Of a DNA stretch of 64,000 bases, positions 55,101 through 64,000 are shown one piece after another. Made by a program: the position numbers and the translations under genes. The notes beneath the pieces are model-generated. The model was given only the letters and a program-made list of their open reading frames with translations. It searched no databases and had not been told where the DNA came from. The DNA is from Octopus vulgaris (taxonomy: Eukaryota). The DNA is taken from NCBI GenBank assembly GCA_951406725.2, contig OX597830.1, positions 9,672,001 through 9,736,000 on the forward strand, written 5' to 3'. Every line of letters begins with the position of its first letter. The stretch's first letter is position 1.

Positions 55101-56115
55101 AGACTTTCTCTTTGCTGACGACTGCGCCCTTAATGCAATCGATGAGCAGGAGATGCAGCTCGAGATGGACAGGTTCTCATCAGCCTGTGACAACTTCCGT
55201 CTCACCATCAGTGCAAAGAAAACCGAAGTGATGTTTCAGCCAGCCCCCGGCAAACAATACCATGAGCCTCAGATAAGGGTGAACGGACGGATCCTCCGAG
55301 TGGTGGAAAACTTCACCTACCTGGGCAGCACTCTCTCCTGCAATGCCAACATAGATGCTGAAACCATCAACAGAATCTCCAAGGCAAGCAGCGCGTTTGG
55401 GAGACTGCGAAAGAAAGTCTGGGAGCGGAGAGGAATCAGCCTCAACACCAAGCTGAAAGTCTACCGGGCAGTCGTGCTTACCACCCTACTATACGGCTGC
55501 GAGACGTGGACTGCTTACCGAAGGCACGAGCGCCAGATAAACCACTTCCATCTCAGGTGTCTTCGGAATCTCCTTCACATCCGCTGGCAGGACAAAGTCC
55601 CAGACACGGAAGTTCTGAAGCAGGCAGATCTCCCTAGCACCATCACAATCATGCGCAAGGCCCAGCTGAGATGGGCGGGCCACGTCTCCCGCATGTCCGA
55701 CACTCGCATCCCAAAACAGCTCTTCTACGGTGAACTCGGCCAGGGCAGGCGCAAAGTCGGAGGGCAGAAAAAGCGCTACAAGGATAGTCTCAAGGTCTCT
55801 CTCAAAGACTTCTCCATCGGAACAGAGACCTGGGAGACACTTGCTGCCAACCGCTCATCCTGGCGCAGCGCAATCACCGTGGGAGCAGGGACAGCCGAGG
55901 AGGGACGGATTCGGTCAGCGGAGCAGAAACGTCAGATGCGTAAAGTCAGAGCCGCCTGCACCAGTAGCACTGCCCCTACCCACTTCTGCCCCACCTGTGG
56001 GAGGGGCTTCCTTGCCCGGATTGGCCTCACCAGCCACCTCCGGTCTCATGGCGGCAGTTCCATCAGATGATGTCAGTTGGTCATCTTCGAACCGAAGGAC
56101 GAACATTATTATTAT
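52152..56115 (+). mobile_element. Full-length RTE-clade LINE
   Basis: 14-bp TSD TATATAAATTAATT at 52138-52151 and 56116-56129; ~590-bp 5' UTR; single ORF; very short 3' UTR with (ATT)n tail. Confidence 0.95.
52741..56070 (+). CDS. RTE ORF: APE endonuclease + reverse transcriptase + C-terminal CCHH zinc finger (1109 aa)
   Basis: APE motifs TWNVRTL, LSETR, SAYAPT, LGDFNARVG, IDYV, TDH. RT motifs KAPGSD, QCGFRAGR, FVDLTKAFD, GVRQGCVLAP, LFADD, FTYLGS. C-terminal CPTC..HLRSH. No stops or frameshifts. Confidence 0.97.
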   Translation: MRTGLEKVALNIACLTSPWSANRGWRGSFPSGRNKERRKQTKVLTFATWNVRTLLDNTKADRPERRTALVARELSRYSVDIAALSETRLADKGQLTETGGGYTFFWSGRSSEERREAGVGFAIKSVHVRKLESPPEGINDRLMKMQLPLGNKTSATIISAYAPTMTNPEEVKDRFYEELDSLITSAQPGKLILLGDFNARVGTDHQAWHRVLGKQGIGKCNSNGQLLLRACASHDLTIANTLFRLPTRNKTSWMHPRSKHWHLIDYVIVRAKDRRDVRLVKAMCGADCWTDHRLIISRMDFYIRPKRRPQGQKVTRKLNITKLKNQLTAQDLQSRMDSKLLDIRSDQSSIDEQWESFRDTVHSIALETLGQITRNHQDWFDENDQEIQKLLEEKRRLLRAHQNDTTCTAKKAAFNNIRSTVQAKLRLMQDAWLSAKADEIQGYADKHDTKKFYEALKAVYGPQFSFGSTPLLSSDGTSLLTNKRLILERWAEHFNIVLNRPAQINEEAIARLPQVPTNHGLAVPPAVEEVSRAIKKMSTGKAPGSDAIPAEVFKSGGPTMISQLTSLFQSMWDREQLPQDFRDATIVHIYKRKGDRQSCDNHRGISLLSIAGKILARVLLDRLLEHLEQGLLPESQCGFRAGRGTTDMIFAARQLQEKCMEQHLDLCMTFVDLTKAFDTVSREGLWKVMGKFGCPSKFIAIVRQFHDGMTARILEDGDSSEAFQVTNGVRQGCVLAPTLFSIMFSAMMSDAFRDCKSGINIKYRTDGKLFNSRRLQAVTKVRETVVRDFLFADDCALNAIDEQEMQLEMDRFSSACDNFRLTISAKKTEVMFQPAPGKQYHEPQIRVNGRILRVVENFTYLGSTLSCNANIDAETINRISKASSAFGRLRKKVWERRGISLNTKLKVYRAVVLTTLLYGCETWTAYRRHERQINHFHLRCLRNLLHIRWQDKVPDTEVLKQADLPSTITIMRKAQLRWAGHVSRMSDTRIPKQLFYGELGQGRRKVGGQKKRYKDSLKVSLKDFSIGTETWETLAANRSSWRSAITVGAGTAEEGRIRSAEQKRQMRKVRAACTSSTAPTHFCPTCGRGFLARIGLTSHLRSHGGSSIR

Positions 56116-56120
56116 TATAT

Positions 56121-56861
56121 AAATTAATTGTTATCGCCATATTAATATGGCATTCTTATAGATATAAGAATAATCGCTGCCGCTGGTCAGCTCCATGAGG
56201 CCACCGCCTTAAGATAGCTATTGATACACGATCTGTATCCATTATAACCTTCGAACAAGGGAGGTCAGCCGCTTCACACTGCCAGTCCGACAGCTACAGA
56301 CGCGTTTCGGGGTATTGCCCCTTGTCAATGTAGCGCAGTCAGACCCCGCAGGTGTCGCCACTGACGTCTCTGTTCGAAGGTTTCTATTTACCTAGTTTCA
56401 GTGGAATACATCCACTTGTTTTCAATAATAGAAATATTAAAATTACTAAGTCTCTATAAAAGAGATTACGGCAGCGTTTACTGGAAATTAATTGTTATCG
56501 CCATATTAATATGGCATTCTTATAGATATAAGAATAATCACTGCCATGGTCAGCTCCATGAGGCCACCGCCATCAAGATAGCTATTGATACACGATCTGT
56601 ATCCATTATAACCTTCGAAACGCGTCTGTAGCTGTCGGACTGGCAGTGTGAAGCGGCTGACCTCCTTGTTCGAAGGTTATAATGGATACAGATCGTATAT
56701 CAATAGCTATCTTAAGGCGGTAGCCTCATGGAGCTGACCAGCGGCAGCGATTATTCTTATATCTATAAGAATGATATATTAATATGGCGATAACAATTAA
56801 TTTCCAGTAAACGCAGCCGTAATCTCTTTTATTGAGACTTAGTAATTTTGATATTTCTATT
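56121..56861. mobile_element. Hammerhead-bearing element with partial tandem (364-bp period) plus inverted arm (Penelope pseudo-LTR-like)
   Basis: 56121-56255 is repeated at 56485-56619; 56616-56861 is the reverse complement of internal blocks. Flanking duplication ACATCCATATATA at 52131 and 56862. Confidence 0.8.
56293..56334 (-). ncRNA. Minimal type I hammerhead ribozyme, U3-A8 variant
   Basis: GCTACA-TTGACAA-GGGG-CAATA-CCCC-GAAA-CGCG-TC-TGTAGC. Confidence 0.75.
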
Positions 56862-56865
56862 ACAT

Positions 56866-56929
<64 letters not shown>

Positions 56930-56984
56930 AAAAAATGAAGTTCGAAAATGCTGCTGTATTATACAATTTTTAATTTTTATATAT

Positions 56985-57032
56985 ACATTATAACATGTTT
57001 CAGTTCCTGAAATGAACCTTATCAAAAAATGT
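56985..57032 (-). ncRNA. Minimal type I hammerhead candidate, U3-A8 variant
   Basis: ACATTTT-TTGATAA-GGTTC-ATTTCAG-GAACT-GAAA-CATG-TT-ATAATGT. Confidence 0.55.
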
Positions 57033-57521
57033 TATATATAAAAAAAGACAGCTCATGCCGTCAAACACAAGAAATTCATTTATAATACACAACGGAGTCA
57101 GACATCTTAGAGTTCATGTATAGTTGATATATAGTTCATGTATAGTTGATATATAGTTTGAAGTATATGTTCAAAGTGTTCGATGCAGTGGCCCACGGTG
57201 GCGATACGTATTCAATACAAAAAACAGATCAAAGTGGTGGAAAGCGGTCAATACAGAAGATTGATGTTTCCGAAAGAGCGAGGAATTCATTTTTACCTTA
57301 AGCAATTGTGATGACCCATGGTGGAAGTTTGCTGGGTGGTTCTAGTGAGTTTTTGTGAAATGCTCGGTTTTATAATGCCTGTTAGGTGGTCAATCTAGCG
57401 TAGCGTGACGTCATCAATGTTTTGACCAATCGTTTCGTTAGGTGGCTTTAATCAAGTAGAACGGGACGTCATATATATATATATATATACTCAAAATAAG
57501 CAACAAGGATATCCAAGGTTG

Positions 57522-57609
57522 TGTAGTACAATCGTTTCATGCTACTTCCTTTTATTAAACAATGTAAGTATTACATCAGTTTAAAAATGTATAGCAATCT
57601 TCAGCCACA
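57522..57609 (-). ncRNA. Type I hammerhead candidate with long loop II
   Basis: TGTGG-CTGAAGA-TTGCTAT...GTAGCAT-GAAA-CGATTG-TA-CTACA, within a ~290-bp (TA)n-flanked segment (57490-57782). Confidence 0.65.
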
Positions 57610-57858
57610 TATAGAATTTTTTTTTATTAAATGGACAATGTACATTTTTATACTTATTTCATTTGCCAACATAACAAAGAGGGTAGATATATATCGACAG
57701 AGAGGTTAAATTCATGCCATACCAAATTTTGGTGCCTTTAACTTAAGTACCATGTTCATCTGATTCTAAATTTTGCTGAACGTATATATATATATATATA
57801 TAACGGGAAGCTTTATGAAAATAGACAAAAGACGAAGGCAGGTGGGAAACAAACAAAC

Positions 57859-57936
<78 letters not shown>

Positions 57937-58219
57937 TGGTCCTGGTAGGTTTTAAATGTAGGGTTTTTTCCAAGGAAGTGCTCAACCCGAGTTCTGGACT
58001 ATCAACGCTGTCGGATTCCAGACTGGTACCGAAATTCGTCAAGCGTGGAAAATCCTGGTTTCACAACATATCTATTTCTATGAATACATGCATATTTCTG
58101 TTTGTGTATGTATATCATATTGTAAAAGATATATAGAACCGTGTATTGTGCATTGTGCAAAGTTAACATCTGATAATGGACTTAGCCAGCTGAGGCGATG
58201 AAACTCATATGCTTGTATC

Positions 58220-58513
58220 TTTTATCTTTTACTTTTAACTTGTTTCAGTCATTAGACTGCACTCCAACTGGGGTATCGCTGTGAAGGAATTTCAGTCGAG
58301 GGCATCGACCCCAAGTATTTATTTATTTAACTATTTTTTCATTTTTCTAAAGCCTGCTACCTGCTACTTGTTCTGTAGGGTCTCGTTTGCAGAACCGATC
58401 CTTTACGTGGTCTTGAACGAACCGACACCAGTTGTGAAGCAGTGATGGGGCGCAAACAGGGACAGATACACAGACACACAGACAGACACGCAATACACTA
58501 TACATATATATGC

Positions 58514-58554
<41 letters not shown>

Positions 58555-58794
58555 CTTTATTCTTTTACTTGTTTCAGTCATTTGAGAGTGGCCATGCAGC
58601 AGAACCGCCTCGAGTCGAGTAAATCTACCCCAGGACCTATTCTTTGTAAGCCTAATACTTATTCTATATGTTCTTTTAGCCGAACGGCTAAGTAACAGGG
58701 GCGTAAACAGACCAACATCGGTTGTCAAGCAATACTGGAGGAACAAACAAACACAGAGACACATACAGGCACACACACAGACACACACACACAA

Positions 58795-58850
<56 letters not shown>

Positions 58851-59722
58851 GCATACATGTATGTATGAATATATGTATGTATGAAAAGGTGGAGTGTCGA
58901 ATTACAAGACGCTGCACCCTTTTCGGTGAACGATCTGGCAAGAGCTTAGCATAGGGTTTGTGGGTGTTGATATACAATGAATATGGGGTTTAGAGGAGAA
59001 ACCCGAACACCATTCTGAGTTGCATGGGGGCGGCGCGGGGGCTGTCGTAATGCTGGAGGAGCGGCACACAAAGCATAAAGAATGCTCCATACCTTGCTCT
59101 CCTAGCCAATGGCTGTAATGTTGCGGGAAATAAATCCTTGTCAGTCAGTCACTTGAGTTACAATGTCGGAGAATGTTCGTGTGTGAATATGTCTGCATAT
59201 ATGAGTGATGAAAGTAGATAGTGTGTTTGTGTGTGTGTGTGTGCATGAGTGAGAGTAAAGAGAGAGAGAGAGAGGGAGAGAGAGAGATGCAAAATGAACA
59301 CCAGTTTCTTTTTTTAAACCTTTGTCTGACTTGATTCAGTTATTGTACCGCAGCCATGCTGAGGCATCGCCTTGAAGAATTGTTTTTTAGTCGAATCAGT
59401 CAACCCCAGTGCTTAGGTGTTATCTTTTTAAAGCCTGGTTCTTATTCTATCGGTCTCATATCCCCGCATTACCAAGTTACGTGGACATAAACAAAACAAT
59501 ACCGGTTGTCAAACGGTGACGGGAAAGAAACACAGACACACATGCGTGCGCACTCATATGAATATGCGACGGGCTTCTTTCGGTTTCTGTCTACCAAATC
59601 CACTCACAATGCTTTGGTTGCCCCGAGGCTATAGTAGAAGACACTTGCCCAAGGTGCCACGGAGTGGGACTGAACCTGGTACCGAGTGGTTGGGAAGCAG
59701 ACTACTTACCATACAACCACCA
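58220..59722 (-). mobile_element. Three diverged/partial SINE family A copies (58220-58490, 58555-58800, 59335-59722)
   Basis: Homology to the family A tail and head. Confidence 0.7.
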
Positions 59723-60392
59723 CTGTACCTCGAAATAAAGTGTTTATAAACAGTGTCTTCGAGAACAATTACAAGCTTTATTTTCATCGGAAGCTGATTC
59801 CATGAATCCCATGTCGAAACTCCAAAATAGGAGGAGAAAACAAATAAGAAAAACAAGAATAAAGAAAATATAACAAGAACGCAAAACTCTCGAGGTTTAC
59901 ACAATTTCGCCACACACACACACACACACACACGCACATACACACACAAACACCCACAAATTACAAATTATCTCTCTTCCTCTATAACACACCCACACAT
60001 ACACCTAACACACGTATACACACACACACACACACACACACACAGACTATGTCACTCCTTATCATTTAGATACACATAAAGTCATACAGTATTCTCTCGG
60101 CCTCACTCACACATACTCACACACATACGTACACACACATACGTTAAAGATATTCTCACAGTCGCTCTGTTCTGTCTCACCCTTTGACATAGACACACAC
60201 ACATACAATCACACACACTCTCGCATGCACACACGCACGTGTGGATGTGGACGTTTACCATTGTTAACATTCTAGAAATATCTCCAAGAAAAAAAAAACT
60301 TCACGGCTATAATTAGTTAGCATTCGTTGTATAAGGAAATAAACGAATAAAGTTATACACACGCACACACACACACACACACACACATACAC

Positions 60393-60423
<31 letters not shown>

Positions 60424-60614
60424 AGTACTGTCTATTATATATACAAGAACGACATCAGTGCGTATATAGCCATATATTTTTTCGCGCATCATAACTGGGA
60501 ATGAGTTTCCATTGTCAAGGTTATCCACAAATACAAAAACGTATACCATCTTTTCTCACTGCTTCCTTTGCACACACACACACACATATATATAGATAGA
60601 TAGATATAGATAGA

Positions 60615-60743
<129 letters not shown>

Positions 60744-60749
60744 TCATCG

Positions 60750-61720
60750 TGCGGTGAATAAACCGTCGTCAAAATTACGCAAAAAATGAAAACATCACTG
60801 AGACCACATTTATGTATTTACCAAAATTACGTAAAAAGTTCTTGAAATACTAAGGAGTAAATTTATGTAATAGAATCGCCATTGGCTTCAACTACGGCCC
60901 TCCAAACAACATCGGAACCACTCTTCTGGATGGTCTCCTCGTTTTAATTGTTTCCTGCTGTCATTATCCTTTTCTTCAGTTCATCTTTTGTGTCACAAGG
61001 AGTTTTGGTGATCTCCCGCTCAACTGCGCCCCACACATAATAATCAAGGGGGTTGCAGTCTGGGGAGTTAGGTGGACAGACGTTAGGGATGATGTGGTCG
61101 CAGAAATTACCTGTCAGCCATGACTGGTTTCTCCTGCTACTGTAGCATGGTGCAGAGTCCTGATGCCAGACATAGGGTCTTCCAGCAGTCACCCTCTTTA
61201 CCCAGGGCGGCACTACCTCCCCCAGGCATTGGATGTAGACCTCCCTGTTGAGTGTGAGTCCATGTGGGAAGATGAATAGAGGTAGAACATCGCCATCACT
61301 AGTGATCACTTCAAGCATCATGATGTTGACTGGATGTTTGATTTTTATCACTCTCGGTACATGTTTTAGGGACACGGCAAGCCAACGGATGTTCGATGTG
61401 TTCACCATCTGATCCTGGCGAAAATTTTTCTCAACTGAGAAAAACCAAAGCATGTTCGTTTGGAGGGGATGCCTGGGTTTGTTCAAAAGCTTCGTAGCAC
61501 GGTCTTCCCTCTTGTCCTTAATGTTGGCCCTTCCTCATCTTGTATGAGGAATGCTGAATATTTTTATGCACCACCTGTTTGATAAGAAACAGAGACACTT
61601 CCATGTCCCTGGCGATGGACCTGATTGACTTGGAGTTCTTTTCTAATCAGAACGACCAGAGTGAGTTTTCTGAGCTGCCATACCTTCGGAATCACTATTG
61701 GACTCATCCAACTCTTTCTC
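60750..61720 (-). mobile_element. Decayed DD37D (maT-type) Tc1/mariner transposon
   Basis: ORF 60944-61486: FSVEK (first D lost) and WHQDSAP...PPNSPDCNPLDYYVW, with 37 residues between the second and third D. Confidence 0.85.
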
Positions 61721-61965
61721 GATCTTCAGCACTGGTTGTCAAGCGATGGTGGGTGTACATAGACACACATCCATATATAAATATATATATATCTATACAC
61801 ACACGACGGGCTTCTTTCCATTTCCGACAACCAATTTCCACTCACAAGGCATTGATCTGCCCGAGGCTATAACAGAAAACACTTGCCCAAGGTTCTATAA
61901 AGTGGGACTGAACCCGGGTACATGTGGTTGGGAAGCAAACTTCTTACCACACTGCCATACCTGCG

Positions 61966-62232
<267 letters not shown>

Positions 62233-62980
62233 TACTTAATTTCACATGCACTTATACATGCATATATACATACACACTTGTATGCATGTATATGTGTATA
62301 CAAATGATAATGACAATAATAATGATAATAATACTTTATACTAAAGGCACAAGGGCTGAAATTTGCGGGGATGTGTTAATCGATTACGTCAATCCTAGTG
62401 TTCAACTGATACTTATTTTATCGACCCTGAAGGGATGAAAGGCAAAGCCGACGTCGGCGGAAATTGAACTCAGAACGTAAAGCCGGAAAAAATTCGCTAG
62501 GCGTTCTGTCGAGCGTGTTAAGAATTCTGCTAATATTGCTTTGAAATTCTAGCAGAAGGGCAAAATTTTGGAGTAGGGGTAAGTCGATCACATTGAGCCC
62601 AGAGATCAACGGTTACTTATTTTGTCGACTCCGAAACAATGAAAGGCAAAGTCGAACCCGACGGAATTTGAAATCAGAACGTAAAACCGTAAACTATCTC
62701 TTTGGATTTTTTCGGCGCGTTAACCATTCTTCTAACTCACCGCCCTTGGTAAAACAAATATCGATTCGTATACTTGTTGTGATTTCTGCCATCCCGCTGC
62801 CTTTACTTTCCTGGTTCAGCCACTACTACTACTACTACTACTACTACTGCAGATTATATAAACACCAGTATTTATCTACCCCGACAGAATAATATGTAAA
62901 GTTAATCTCGGAGCGTAAAGTGCTAAAGACATACCACAAGACACTTTGTTCGACGCGCTAATGATTATCGGTTATAGCAT

Positions 62981-63271
62981 ACTCTTTACTCTTACTCTTT
63001 ACTCTTTTACTTGTTCCAGTCATTTGACTATGGCCATGCTGGAGTACTGTCTTTAGTCGAACAAATCGATCCCAGTACTTATTCTTTGTAAGCCTAGTAC
63101 TAATTCTATTGGTCTCTTTTGCCGAACCGCTAAGACACGGGGACGTAAGTAAACATCGGTTGTCAAGCGATGTTAGGGGGACAAACACAGACATACAAAC
63201 ATACACACACACGCACACACACACACACGCACACACGCAAACACACACACACACGCACACACATATACATA

Positions 63272-63343
<72 letters not shown>

Positions 63344-63515
63344 CATATATGCGACGGGCTTCTTTCAGTTTCCGTCTACCAAATCCACTCACAAGGCTTT
63401 GGTCGGCCCGAGACTATAGTAGAAGACACTCACCCAAGGTGCCACGCTGTGGGACTGAACATGGAATCATGTGGTTCGTAAGCAAACTATTTACCACTCA
63501 GCCACTCTTACGCTT
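62981..63515 (-). mobile_element. SINE family A with expanded internal microsatellite
   Basis: Full colinear copy. Confidence 0.85.
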
Positions 63516-64000
63516 ATGACGTACGATGAAAACTGCCTAAAAAATGGTTCAGAATTTAGGCACAAAGCTAGCAATTTTTGAGGGGAGGGGGCAAATCGAT
63601 TACATCGATATCAGGATTTAATTGTTACTTGTTTATGTTCTTGGCCCAGAAACTGCATGAGAGGCAAAGTTGGGTACGGTTGGGTTTGAACTAGAATACG
63701 TCAAGAAAAAAAGGGTGGAGGGGCGAGAGTAAAGGAAAGAAAGAGAGGAAGAATGAGAAAAGAGAGGAAGTAAAAAACAAAAAAAGAGGAGGACAAGAAG
63801 AAAGAGAGAGGGAGATAGGCAGAAGAGGAAAGAGAAGGGAGAGGAAGAGAAAAAAGGAGAAAGGAAGAGAAGAAGGAATTAGGAAACGAAAATTTCTGTG
63901 GATATTTGAGAGAAAACTGAAATTATTGAAGCATGAAAATATAGGGTTTAAAGGACGAGGAAACACTACTACTACAACTACTGCCACCGCCACCACCACC

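Noticed and set aside
53267-56122. Overlapping and antisense ORFs inside the RTE, including 54507-55208 (233 aa)
   Set aside because: Expected shadow ORFs of a GC-rich coding sequence.
56121-56861. Repeats considered as a CRISPR array or LTR pair
   Set aside because: No short repeat-spacer periodicity, no TG..CA ends or PBS; better explained as a tandem/inverted ribozyme element.
58885-59160. Unique GC-richer island with a GC-box-like run and CCAAT
   Set aside because: The motifs are too short to call a promoter and there is no adjacent identifiable gene.

Overview
This is a eukaryotic, AT-rich, gene-poor window saturated with microsatellites and transposons. The repeat repertoire suggests an octopod/cephalopod genome (inference). 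Nearly all ORF-track entries are simple-repeat artefacts. The only long intact ORF belongs to a full-length RTE-clade LINE (52152-56115; APE endonuclease + RT + C-terminal CCHH finger; 14-bp TSD). Other mobile content includes three tRNA-derived SINE families in many copies, R4/Dong-type RLE retrotransposon 3' ends inside (TAA)n, CR1-like and RTE fragments, a Penelope GIY-YIG remnant, Tc1/mariner relics and MITEs, and a non-autonomous Helitron. There is one candidate host exon (5542-5635, minus strand). The most notable signal is a set of short, non-coding, (TA)n-embedded elements from several unrelated families that each carry a type I hammerhead ribozyme motif (34905, 35621, 56293, 56985, 57522, plus atypical ones at 13842 and 28002). 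Two of these have partial-tandem architectures (490-bp and 364-bp monomers) with a boundary at or near the predicted cleavage site, as expected for retrozyme or Penelope pseudo-LTR-type mobile RNAs. All structures were read by eye; none was computationally folded or searched.
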